Part shown: positions 17,601-33,414 of the stretch, one piece after another | Layout of the letters: each line of letters opens with the position of its first letter | Position numbering within the stretch: the first letter of the stretch is position 1 | Assembly (NCBI RefSeq): GCF_009914755.1 | Contig: NC_060934.1 | From: the human T2T-CHM13v2.0 reference genome, Homo sapiens | Length of the DNA stretch: 64,000 nt | Reading direction: 5' to 3' (one strand) | The notes under the pieces: model-generated | What the model was told of the DNA's origin: nothing | What the model saw: only the letters and a program-made list of their open reading frames with translations | Database searches by the model: none | Position numbers and translations under genes: made by a program

Positions 17601-18325
17601 TACTATAAGTAGAAATAATAATACAAGCAATAATGTAGATATATAAAAATCTAGAGTATGTTAAAATAATATCAAATCATCCAGTGTTACTGGAAAGATT
17701 AGTGGATGACTAGGATCACAAAGATCATGAAAGGATTGCATTCCTTCAGTGAATAGTATTTATTGAGATATTTCCGTATTACAGGTGTTCTTATAGAGGT
17801 TGAGAATCTAGCTGTGAACATATCAAACCATTTTAATATGGTAATGGGATTCCTTTCTAAGTCCCCTATTGTTTCAGAATGGTGGCAATCTACCAGTGGT
17901 TTAGGTGGTGGTGCAGGGTAATGCGTAATGGCAGCCCACAGAGGTTAAGCACTGTACTTAAGCTTTTGCGCCCATTAAGCACCAGAGGCAGGAAACTGAA
18001 GTCAGGTAGGCTAGCATGAGAGTGTATGCTCATAACCCTATGACACTATTCTTTTTGTATTTAGAAACATGCAGGAGAGACATTAACTATCTCTGTGGGA
18101 TTTGATGACGTGTCACAGAAGGCTTGCCATAGGCTGTATTACAAAGGATGAATAAGATGTGTTGCAATAGAGGAGAGGGTCCGGTTACTAGGTGATGAGC
18201 TCTTCCATGTGGGCATAGGCAGGTAGCCCAGTGGATGGGAACATACCCTCCATAAGCCCCACTCTCTGGTTTCTACTCCTTACTTGGCCACTTACTGGTA
18301 GGTGATCTTGGTTAACCTTAACCTC

Positions 18326-18705
<380 letters not shown>

Positions 18706-19571
18706 TAATAAAAAAGGTTTCTTAATATAGACACCCAAGACTAATTGTATTGTCTAGGCACATTGGATAAGGATTTAATTTCACACATCACAAACGATCA
18801 ACATCAAATTGTCAGAGTCGTATTTTATACCTTCTTTATAGAGCTCTTTAATCTTCTTAGCCCACTTTCACAGCCCACTATCCTGAAACAAGTTTCAGTT
18901 AGAGCTTAATAGGTAAAAAAGAAAGGTAGAATGACAAAAGAGAAAGTATTAAATGGTCACTCCATCACTGATTTCAGGAAATCATACATGTCCTGAAAAG
19001 TTGCTGTAACTTTAGAGCCAGATTCAGGCAGTGTCCCAGGAAGCCACCTGTGAGTGTGTGCAGCTTCTAGCATCTGCTCCAATTTTATCTACAAAGGGCT
19101 TAAATGCAGGCTACAAAGCAGAGTTAAACCCAATCACCTGGATCCACAGGAACTCCTGTATTTTCTCCTTTTCAGAGACCAACATCCTCTAGAAGTTCAG
19201 GGGCTAAATCCTTCCATCAAAATCACACAGTGGGTTTCTAAAAAGCAGTTGGAGTAAGAGACTTATCAGTTCTGCAATATGCCACTTTTATGCTGGGTGC
19301 TTCTGCACTGCAACCAAAAGCAACAATTGCACTACTGTCTAATATTTCTCAAATCCAGCTCTTCCTCTTCATTCCCATCGAATGTTTCTTTTGGTGAGAA
19401 CTTCAATATTTTTAGATGAATGCTTGTTAGAATAGGTTTCAGCAGGCCTCCCCGCTTCTTCCCTTTCTAAGTATGCCCCCACCTCATCACCAGAGTATTC
19501 TTTCTAAAATGCAAATTTGTTTATAGCTCTTCTAACCACCGATCTTCCACATAGTATAAAGTAAAAATGTT

Positions 19572-19886
<315 letters not shown>

Positions 19887-20159
19887 TTATATTTGGGAAT
19901 GAGCCACATTTCCCAGCATTTTTCTTCCTTTCCAGACTTGGTTCCAATAGCACTACATGAAAAAAATCTGTGAACCCCTTGGATGTCTTGACCTCTTTCT
20001 CTTCTATGGCCTATTACAGTTTGTATTTTGCCTCAATCGTATGAATCATTATTCTGACCTCAGCAATTTATTTGTTTGCCTTTTTGTCCTTCCATGCTAC
20101 GATCTCCTTGAAACTTGTGACCCATATTGTTCATGTGAAATGAATCAATTCTTTCTGTA

Positions 20160-20600
20160 ATCAGCTAAGCTCACTTGTGCATCTTTAGTCAGATGTGGGT
20201 TGGATAGGCAGATATGATGATCTATCTAGATTCTCTCAGATGTTTGGGGCTCAACTGGTATAGCTTGTCTAGAAGGGCTTTGACTAATACAAGTGGGCTT
20301 TCCCTCATGTGTTATCTCATCCTTCAGTAGGCTAGTCCAGGCATATTCTTAATGACAGTGTCTGGGCAACAAAGGAACAGAAATGTTCAAAGTCTCTTGA
20401 GGCCTAAGCTTAGAGCTTGGCCAATCATCATTTCCATTGCTTTCTGTTAATTATTAGCTCAGAAGGTCAGAAGGTCAACCCAATTAAAAGAATTGGGAAA
20501 ATACATTCTACGTCTCGATAGAAAGAGATACAAGAACACATGGCAAAGGCCATAGCTACAAGAACAGGTGAAGAATTGGGGCTATTTTGGTAACCAGAGT
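20160..20600. mobile_element. Old MaLR LTR (MLT1J/K/L-like)
   Basis: tctcatccttcagtaggctag, tctcttgaggcctaagct, cacatggcaaagg..gaagaattggggc motifs. Confidence 0.65.
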
Positions 20601-22254
20601 ATTACATCTCTTGAGTAAACCAAAACATTGTCATGCTTCCTTCCTGAGAATTCTGCACATACTGGTGCAGAACAGTGAACTGCCAATTAATGGTGTAATC
20701 TGGCTGATTTGTAGTAGCTATTAGAATGTAATTTGTAGTTGCTAAAATTTTCTAAAAGCAAAGGAAATATTTGCAGGGATACTTATAGTTAGATAGTTGT
20801 TTTATGAACGAGTTGAATGACAAGAGATGTTATCACTGATTATACAATAGCTAATACCTTACGGATTATATGCCACAGGAGGTAGATACTTTGGTTTTTA
20901 TTTTGTGTATAAGAAGAGAGAGTCTCTGGGAGGTTAAGGAAGGCCCAAGGTCATGCAGGTGGCCCTTTTGGGATAACTCAAGACTCAAAAACACAGATTT
21001 TTAAAATTTTACCCTAAGTATTAACCTCTGTCCCTGTATTCCTTTGGTGTTAAGAGGCTATTTAGAGTGACTTACATCTAACCATCACTTACAAGGTTGT
21101 CATTATCTTAGTGCTAAAGGTTTTCAGGGAAGGAACATCTATGTAAGAGATTTAGTTTATGTAAAAATCTTTTCCAGTTTACTCATCCTTGCAAGGACAA
21201 AAGCCAATTTCTTTTGCAGCCATAGTTACTATTTATACTTTCGATAAATTTCATGTTCTCCATGCAGTTGATCAGATGCTGCTTTCTTCAGAGACGCCAA
21301 TCAGAAGTCCGAAAGTTTATTTCTCTGAATAAACACTATCCTGAAAAGTAGGGAGGGGAAAGTTCTTCTTATCCTGAAAATTTTCAGCTCTTTGTTAATC
21401 CAAAAAGCTGAAAATATTTCAAGTCAAACATGGCCACATACCATCTTGCTGAGTTAGAAGTTTACTTAGTAATCTCCTTATCAGCCAAACAGCTGGAAGT
21501 CTAGAAAGTTCTATGTGTAAGAAGCCAGTGTCAACTTGTTTCCACAAAATAGCAGTGAGAAAAAACGTATTAGAAAAGTGGGAGTTCATCAGGAGGAATT
21601 AATTTGGGAATTTTGCTGGCATGCACTGAACTCTCAGTACTGGTGAGTTTATTATCGACAGAACCAACTAGAGACTTTAAGGTTGCTTCGTGTGTCATCC
21701 ACCAGGAAGCATTATTTGTGTGTGGTTTTCAAAGTGTTTTCTATACAGGAGTTTGTTCAAAACTCTAAAAAGTGATACTACGGTATTTTGCTTTATGCAA
21801 TAGATGTGTCACTGCAAAATTGCTTGCAAATTGATTTTTTTTCTATTGTAAATGGAAATCAAATTGAAATACACTAGGGGGAATTTGCTAGTTCAAGAAA
21901 TCCTTGTTTAGTATGAAAATTGCTTTTTCTCTTGAGAATAAGTCTTCCTTAATGTATCTATTTTGTGAATTTAAATTTTTGTAGCTGTGCTCATCTGAGT
22001 ATCTTAGGGCACCTGGGGAAAATGCATTTACATCAATTTAGTAACAGGATTTTTCGGAATACCTCACACACCCACAAACTACATGAGAATTTTTCAACTT
22101 GAAAACATCCCACTTATTACTGAAGTGATTATGGGTACTCTTATCTAACTCTCCAACAAAACTGACTGGTTGAGAGTCAAACCCCACCTCAAATTCATCC
22201 TCTGAATTACAGCTATAAGGCAGAAAGGCATGATTGAAGCAGAAAAGTTGTTAG

Positions 22255-23669
<1,415 letters not shown>

Positions 23670-24279
23670 TTGATAGGGCAATTTAAACACCAACTGTATG
23701 TGGTCATTCAGATATTTCCTTCACTCAGTCAGATGTGGAAAGCAGTTCTGCATAAAAGAATAATGAGTTTTGGACGTGAAAGAACAGTGATACGTCACTT
23801 AGCTTGTTTAAGCACCGGTTAGCTCGTGTATGAAAAGTTTGGCATAGACCCTGCACATAGTTTGTATCCAATAAACAGGCTGTTGTTGCGATTGTCACTG
23901 GTGGCATTGTTATTGTTCATAGTCTTTCAGCCAGCCTGCCGTTCATTTCCTGGATGAATCACTGGCCAACCCTAGGCAGAAGATAAAGGCATACTCTATA
24001 GCTCTTTGGCGCTTCCTGTTTCTCTGGAGTAGTCATTCTTCTTGATCTTTAGGTCTAATTTTATTCTCTGGCTTAATTTTATTATAGTAGTAGTTACTTT
24101 TTTTTTTTTTACTTTGATACGATAGCAGTTTTACTTCGATATGATAGCAGTAGTTACTTTTTTATTTGCTTTGTTAATTTTATGATAGCAGTAGTGTTTC
24201 CATAGTCTCTTGGCCTAATGTTGGGAGGTGACCTGCTCATCTTTAGACCAGTGATGTGGGCTTTGTGTCCTTTTTTATA

Positions 24280-24500
24280 GGCAGACGCTCAGGCTTTGAA
24301 GTGAAACACTGTTGCATTTATTAATTGTATGACTTGGGGTGAATTATTTAACCTCTTTAATTCTCAGAGTTCTCATCTCTAAAACAGAACTCAAAAGACC
24401 TACTCTTAGATGTGTTGGAAAGATTAAACAAAATAATGAGTATAAAATATATAGCAGACTGCCTAGTATATAAGGGAACACATAATAAATGCGGTTATTG
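24280..24500 (+). mobile_element. MIR
   Basis: tgtatgacttgggg..ttatttaacctct...ctcatctctaaaa. Confidence 0.65.
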
Positions 24501-24503
24501 TAA

Positions 24504-24982
<479 letters not shown>

Positions 24983-26398
24983 AGTATTTCTTTGTTTTTA
25001 TGTCATTTTTTTTCACCTTCAAGCATCTATAATAACATACATATATCACCATTCCTATTCAGTGATTTTTAACAGTCTTTTAGACATTTTATGATGCTCT
25101 TAAAACTGTGACCCATTTAATCTTGCCAGAGAAATACATCCATAATTAAAAACGCATATGCTAATCCTCTACTCAAAACTTCCTGGATTCAAGGCTATTT
25201 TTGATCCTGTCCTTTTTTGCTTCTCCAATCTCATTGCCTGCGTCTTATGTACCCCTGCTCCATGCTCAGTAAATGACGCCTGTTTCTCTAAAGTCTTCTT
25301 CTTCTTTCAGACTTCAGTACTAATGCATATTTGGCTTCGAATGTGTTTCCTCCTCTCATTCTCTCAACAACTTTCTTCAAGGCTCAGCACCTCCTCTCCT
25401 GTGACTCCGTCCTTGACTCCAATTGGTCATCCTCTGAAGATTTGTTTCCCTCTCTGCACCATTTGCATATCAACATTAGAGCGCTATTCTCATTACATTG
25501 AACTTGACAGTCCATCTCATTATTCTCTCATCTTATAATGCAGGGACTACACTTTTTAGCTTTCATATTCCCAGTGTCTAGTACAGTACCTGGTGGTACT
25601 AGGTTCCCACTCTCAACCTAAATCTCTTTTTCTCCCTTTCCTTATCTTTCTGTATGTATATGTGTGTGTATGCATGTGCATGCACGTACACACTTTCATT
25701 TAATAAGGAAATTGTTCCATGTCATGTGGATTTTGTTTTCTTTAACAGTTACCACACTCCAGGGTAAATACCACGTAATGTAAACAAATTAGAGGAGCTC
25801 TTATCTTAGCATTTAGTTCGTAGACACATATTCCCATGGAATAGGCAGATGCTGGAACAAACATTTTCTCTAAATAGTACAATGTGCATTCACAGCTGTA
25901 AAATCAATACACCATGTACTGAGAGTTAGCTTTATCTGTTGTGTGTGCTGTATTACAAATGACTTTATACAAATGTGATTGAGCTCGACTTTCCAATTCG
26001 TGAAAATTGTTCATTAAAATTACTTCTCATTCATACTCAAGAAGGAACCTTCAATAAACAGCATAATCTTAGGATTTAGTTTAAGAAACAATCTTCCCAG
26101 AAATGCCTTTGTTTAGGTTCTTGGGAATTCCATGCAGTCATCTATGCATTGAAGTTGAACACATGCTATGTTGTTCAAATGAATAATTATTGCTAAGAAA
26201 TGCCATTGAAAGCTAATAGTTTCAAAATCATTTTTAATTGTTAGTTTTATTTTACAGCTATCAACTTGACTATACAACAGACTATTGTTTTTTAATTTTT
26301 AAACAAGGAGTAAAGGAATGCTTGCCTATAAGATAAATAATTAAGACCATATTATTAGTTTCCCTAATCACATTTTTACTTTAAAAATATTATTAATG

Positions 26399-26744
<346 letters not shown>

Positions 26745-26969
26745 TCAGCAATTACTTCCTCATGATTTGTTTTGCATTGTTCCTTCCAACCTTAGTCTAC
26801 ATGCATCCATTTATGCATACATATACCCTTATTCTGAACCATATACTTTGAAACTGAGGTTTTTTAATATTTTCATATAAAATATACTTCACATGTCCAG
26901 AAGACCTTTTCTGTTTACATGTCACATGCTTTAATAAGTAAAACTTTAACAGTACTGTTGAAGGACACT

Positions 26970-28537
26970 TCTTTTTTTATTTAATTTTTATGTTTTAATG
27001 CTAGATTTAAGGGGCATACATGAATGTGTGTTACATGGGTATATTGCCTAATGGTGGGGATTTGGCTTTTAGTGTCTCTGTCACTCAAACATTGAACATT
27101 GAATCCAATAGATAATCTTTCAACCTTTATCCCCTTCCTACCTCCCCACTTCTGAGTCTCCAATATCCCTTATACTACTCTGTATACTTTTGTGTACCCG
27201 TAGCTTAGTCCTCATTTATATGTGAGAACACGCAATATTTGATTTTCTGCTTCTGAGTTAGTGTACTTTGGATAATGGCCTCCAGCTCCATCCATGTTGC
27301 TGCAAAGGACAGGAATGCATTATTTTTTATGGCTGCATAGTATTCCATGGTGTCTATATAACACATTTTCTTTATCCAATCAACCATTGATGGACACTAG
27401 GTTTAGTTCCATGATTGCCATGGTGAATAATGCTGCCATAAGCATACGAGTGAAGGTGCATTTTTTATATAATGATTTATTTTTCCTTTGGGTAGATACC
27501 CAGCAGTGGGATTACTGGGTTGAATGGTAGCTCTACTTTTAGTTCCTTAAAATATCTCCATATTGTTTCCATAGAAGTTGAACCAATCTACATTTCCACC
27601 AACAGTATACAAGCATCCCCGTTTCTCCACGTCCACACCAACATCTGCTATTTTTGGCTTTTAGTAATAGCCATTATGACTGGTGTAAAATATCTCAATG
27701 TGCTTTTAATTTGCATTTCTCTGGTAATTACTGATGTCGAGAATCTTTTCATGTGTTTCTTGGCTACCTGTATTCCATTTTTTGAGAAATATCTGTTCTT
27801 GTCCTTAGACCAGTTTTTAATGGGATTGTTTCTCCTTGAGTTGAGTTCTTTGAGTTTCTTATAGATTGTGGATATTAGCCCTTTGTCAGAGGCATAATTT
27901 GTTTTCTCTCATTCTGTAGGTTTTCTATTTACTTTTTGATTATTTCTATTGCTGTGAAGAGGACTTTTAGTTTAATCAAGTCCCATTTGTCTATTGTTGT
28001 TTCTGTTGCATTTGTTTTTGGGGTACCTGTCATAAATTATTTGCCTAGGCTGATGTCCAGAAAAGTTTTTCCTAGGTTTTCTCCTATTAATAAGACTTTT
28101 ATAATTTCTGTCATGTACATTTTCAGGTCTTACATTTAAGTCTTTAATCTATCTTAAGTTAAATTTTGTATATGGTGAGAGAGGTCCAGTTCCATTCCTC
28201 TGCATATGGCTAGCCAATTATCCCAGCACTATTTATTGAATAGGGTGTCCTTTTCCCCATTGTTCATTTTTGTCAACTTTATTAAAAATCAGTTGGTTGT
28301 AGGTATGTGGCCTTATTTCTGGTTTCTCTGTTATGTTCTATTGATCTCTTTCTATTTTTGTACCAGCACCATGCTCTTTTAGTTTCTATAGCCTTGTAGA
28401 ATAATTTGAAGTCCATTACTCATTATTGGTTTGTTCATGATTTCTAGTTCTTCCTGTTTCAGTCTTGGGAAGTTTTATGTTTCCGGGAATATATCCATTT
28501 CCTCTAGGTTTTCTCATTTGTGTGCATAAAGGTGTTC
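26970..28537 (-). mobile_element. Older LINE-1 3' portion (L1MA/L1PB-age) with an internal jump at ~28412
   Basis: ORF2 C-terminal homolog 27205-27387 ([15 protein letters not shown]); T-rich tail at about 26972. Confidence 0.88.
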
Positions 28538-28619
28538 TTCTGAATCATCGTTTAGTGACATTTTATTTTAGATTTACTACATATGTATGTATCCATAAGA
28601 AACTTTTTGTAAATGTGTC

Positions 28620-29060
28620 CACCAAAATTATTTGTCTCCACTTTTTTTCATCCAGCATTAGGTATATGACATTCATATATGTTGAAGCATATGGCTATAG
28701 TTCACTCATTATTAATTCTGTAATAGTATATTAGTATAAGAATAAACTATATGTAATTTAACCATTTTCCTGTTGATAGGCATTTGGACTATTTATCCTC
28801 ACTCTTTTTAATAACAATGCTGTTGTATGAACATTTGTGTATTTGTCTCTAGTATACATAAGCAATATATTTTCTATGCTATAACTCCATAGAGGTTAAA
28901 TTGCTGATTGTAGGGTATGTGGATCCTCAAAGTTACATGATGATAGAAAATGATATTCTAAAATAGTTGTATTAATTTTACCTCTACTAGTATAAGTTAT
29001 TGTTGCTTTATAATCTTGCCAATGCTGGGCATTGCCAGGCATAAGTAATTACTAACCTGG
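28620..29060 (-). mobile_element. Ancient L1M 3' region
   Basis: tttaaccattttcctgttgataggcatttgg, acaatgctg..tgaacatt. Confidence 0.65.
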
Positions 29061-32022
29061 TGAGAAGGTATAGTATAATAATTATCTTATAATTACTATA
29101 TAGCTTCAAATATATATTCAGTTTATCAAATTATTTCCAGATTGTTAATATATTTGATGAGTATAATCAAATTATTATTACTGGTGCAGTTAACATTTTA
29201 CCATCATTATATTTGATATATCTTATGTCATCCTATTTTATCCTCTTTTTATGATTCCCAATATAAGAACATAAATTTCTGTTAATTTTGAGAATATTGT
29301 GAGCCACTTTAAAATTTCTTCTTTGCATTCATGTTGCTTTATTCATCACCAAGCATGGTCTCTTGGTCTTTGTTGTGCTTACTAATTTGGAAGTTTGAAA
29401 GATGAAGAAGCATTAATCTAACAACTCCATTATGCTATTTTGTAATCCTACTTCTTGGATTCTTTTTTAATTCAGTATAATATTCATCCCATCATATCAC
29501 TGTCATTTAAGAAACCCTTTCCTATGCTTTACAATGTATTTTCAATCTGTTTAATTCAGCCACTAGTGCCACTGAGCAATGCCATTTGCCTAACACCAAA
29601 CTGGCTGGCTAGGTGGCTTCACAGTCACCACCTGGTTTGCATTAATGTTCAGGATAAATTCCATAATACATCACAACACAGTTTGAGGAACAGGCTTCAT
29701 TCAGGACACTTACAAAACAATGTTCACTAAGAAGATAAGACCTGGGTTTCCAAATCTATTTTTATTCACATGACAAGATAAATTGGGATCATAGGCCTCT
29801 GCTGCACATGCCATATGTATGCATTCCACAAGAGGGACATGGATCCCCTCTAACTATATACTTTTTATTCTATAAATATGAGAAAGTAGCCTCATCAATG
29901 GATGGATGAAGAGAGTACTCGGGTACCAATTAGTCTGAGTTCATATATCATTTCTTCAAAGAACTTGTTTGGAAATGCCAGCTGCCCCATCCTGGGAATG
30001 TGATAGGCCCTCTTAACAGAAAAAGGAAGGCACTGATCTCTCAGAGGATTGTTGTGAATATTAAATGAGATAGAGAATTTAAAAATGCCTAGTTCATGAT
30101 AGGTATTGGCAAACATTAGTTCACATTTCCCAATAAGGTGTATGTGCATAAATATATGCACACATTTAGGGTGTGGTATTCTACCATTTATCACTAAAAA
30201 CAGCAATAGATTGTGAAACACTTTAGAAATTTTGACTCTCATTTAGGAAATACCTATCAACTTAATATAATTCAGCTCTTTACATTTTGCATGCTTCAAA
30301 GGACTTTATATAAGCCATCCCATTTGATATTCACCATGACTAAGGGAGGGCTAGTATTGTCTCCATTATACAGAAATGAAAAATAAAGGTTAAGGAAGCA
30401 ACATAGTACCAAGCTAAGTGAGCAAGGGAGAAACCATATACAAAGACCCCAGATTAAGGAAATGAAGGAAGAATTAATTCCATGTTTAACATTTGGATGT
30501 AACTGATTGGCAGTCAAGAAATTGGGAATGATTCTCTCACTTATAGGTCATGACTGATAGGACATGCTTTAGGGCTATTTACTTATCCCCAAATCTGATG
30601 AAGTTTGTTGTTATTTCTCCAAATTCTTGCCAAATACCTAGAAAAATATGTGCCATATCCCACATAAAAGGCCAGATTCCTATATTAAAGTCTCTGTAAA
30701 CTGTTCATTGTCTTGGAATTAAAGAAATACGCATCAAAACTATCCACTATTTGTCATACTCTAGTTAAAAGCCCCACTATAGAACTGAACCCAGAGTGGA
30801 TATTTTATAGGAATTCACTCCTCAAGAGGTTCCCAGCTTTAACCTTGTATTAAGTGACACCACAAGAAGGCTACATGTCTGGTTCACATCATCTGCTCCA
30901 TTCCCAATCACCTGCCAAGATTAGCTTAAATAACTTTATTTTCCACCATACCCTTGGTTTTTACTATGAACCTCTGATTTAAGAACCAGTCATACAAGGA
31001 AGGCATTCATCTTTCTCATAAAACTGTCATCTAGGACACTGGTAGTTACTTTGCTTACTGCTGTCATTTAATTGCTCTTACGGCCAATATTTCTCAGACT
31101 CCAAGCCAGGAAAATATATGGTTTTTCTGATCAACAGGTCTTCCTCATTTGGTTGGACAATTAAAACAATGTGTGATGGAAAAAAATATATATTGACTTG
31201 TTAGTTGACATCTATATGTTTTCACCCCAGCTCTACATGATCTTAACGAAATTATTAACATTTTGTAAGCCTCGGGTTTCTCTATAAAATGCAAATTATG
31301 AGCCCTCAATTGCAGGAGTATTCTGAGAAACAAACATTGCGATGGACTAACTGAAGAGTTTTGTAACAATTGCTAGCTTTTCAAAGTCTCTGCCATGTGT
31401 TGGAAACTGTAAGTTCCCTTGCACATATTATCTTTAAACTTCTCAGTAATGCAAAGTGATTTCACTATCTCTATTTTATAGATGACTAAATTAAGGTTCA
31501 GAGAATAGTAGTAACCTGTCTGAAGTTATGCAGCCAGTTGGTAGCTGAGCTAGAATTTAAAATCAAGATTTACTAACTCTGAAATTGGTCACTTACTATT
31601 TCCCTGGACCTTTCTGCATGTTTTTTTCCTTGGTCCTATCTGCTACAAAATTTTTAGCTAAGTTATAGGGTCAGATACTAAAACTTTCCTCCACTACCTT
31701 TTTAAAATTATAATTCTATCCCTCCCCACTGTCCTGTCATGCCTTGTTTCTCTTTGGTAGGCATGGTCATAGGGAAGGCTTTCAGAAAAACAATATATTA
31801 TAGTGCTTACAAAGTTAGGAGTATGAAGTGAGACACACTTGGGTTTTAGTCCTGGCTCCATTATATTTTGTGTGTGTAGACAAGATATTTCAGTTCTGAA
31901 ATCTCAATTTCTCATATGAAAATATCTGCTTTGTAGATTAGGGCAAATATGATAATGTATGTAAAGGGCCAGCATGGTGGCTGGCACATCATAAGCATTA
32001 AATAAATGCCAGTAAGCATTAT

Positions 32023-33133
32023 TGAGAGGTGACAGCGTGCTGGCAGCCCTCACAGCCCTCTCTCGCTCTTGGCGCCTCCTCGGCCTTGGCACCCACTCTG
32101 GCCGCGCTTCAGCCCAGGCGCCTGCAGGCCAGCGCGAGTTCCGGGTGGGCGTGGGCTCAGTGGGCCCCGCACTCGGAGTGGCCAGCCGGTCCCACCGGCC
32201 CCAGGCAGTGAGGGGCTTAGCACCTGGGCCAGCAGCTGCTGTGCTTGACTTCTCACCAGGCCTTAGCTGCCTCCCCATGGGGCAGGGCTTGGGACCTGCA
32301 GCTCGCCATGCCTGAGCCTACCCCCCACTGTGGGCTCCTGCATGGCCTGAGACTCCCCGACGAGTGCCACCCCCTGCTCCACAGCACCCAATCCTATCGA
32401 CCACCCAAGGGCTGAGGAGTGCGGGCACACAGTACGAGACTGGCAGGCAGCTCCACCTGAGGCCCCAGTGCAGGATCCACTGGGTGAAGCCAGCTGGGCT
32501 CCTGAGTCTGGTGGGGACTTGGAGAACCTTTATGTCTAGCTAAGAGATTGTAAATACACCAATCAGCACTCTGTATCTAGCTCAAGGTTTGTAAACACAC
32601 CAATCAGCACCCTGTGTCTAGCTCAGGGTTTGGGAATGCACTGACTGACACTCTGTATCTAGGTGCTCTGGTGGGGACTTGGAGAACGTTTGTGTCCACA
32701 CTCTGTATCTAGCTAATCTAGTGGGGACCTGGAGAACTTTTGTGTGGTGCTCAGGGATTGTAAATGCACCAATCAGCACCCTGTCAAAACGGACCAATCA
32801 GCTCTCTGTAAAATGGACCAATCGGCTCTCTGTAAAATGGACTAATCAGCAGGATGTGGGTGGGGCCAGATAAGAGAATAAAAACAGGCTGCCCAAGCTA
32901 GCAGTGACAACCCGCTCGGGTCCCTTTCCGCAGTGTGGAAGCTTTGTTCTTTTGCTCTTTGCAATAAATCTTGCTGCTGCTCACTCTTTGGGTGCACACT
33001 GCCTTTAACACTCACCACGAAGGTCAGCAGCTTCACTCTTGAAGCCAGGAGACCGCGAACCCACCGGGAGGAACGAACAACTCCAAGACGCGCCGCCTTA
33101 AGAGCTGTAACACCGCGAAGGTCTGCAGCTTCA
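32023..33133 (+). mobile_element. LTR12 (ERV9, LTR12C-like) LTR, internally deleted and 3'-truncated
   Basis: Canonical start TGAGAGGTGACAGCGTGCTGG; tandem U3 repeats (accaatcagcac.ctgt.tctagct); U5 repeats; lacks the terminal ...ccggacaca. Confidence 0.95.
32550..32890 (+). promoter_or_regulatory. LTR12 enhancer/promoter: CCAAT (NF-Y-type) boxes, GC/GT box, TATA-like element
   Basis: CCAATC at about 32559, 32601, 32769, 32794 and 32818; GTGGGTGGGGCC at about 32856; GATAAGAGAATAAAAA at about 32869. Activity cannot be shown from sequence. Confidence 0.7.
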
Positions 33134-33414
33134 GGTAAATGACATAACGCCTCTGAGCCTATCGCCTCATATGTAAAGTTGGGATAATACTACCTGCACC
33201 ATAGAATAATTGTGAAGATTTAATTAAATAATGGAAAAATAGCACTTGTCACAAGGCTTGCTACACATAAAAGTATAAAAGCTTATTAAATATTATCTTC
33301 ATTGCCATTATTGTCAGGGAGATAAAAGACTGGGTGGAAATTCTGGAACGCTTATTTTTTTTTCCTTCCAATATTTATGAAATAATAGACAAAAGTTTTC
33401 TACTAACTAGGAAT

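Noticed and set aside
21780-21990. Possible ancient Tigger-like DNA transposon
   Set aside because: Too degenerate to confirm termini by eye.
32530-32850. CRISPR-like or novel repeat array
   Set aside because: These are the known U3 tandem repeats of LTR12/ERV9, without unique spacers.
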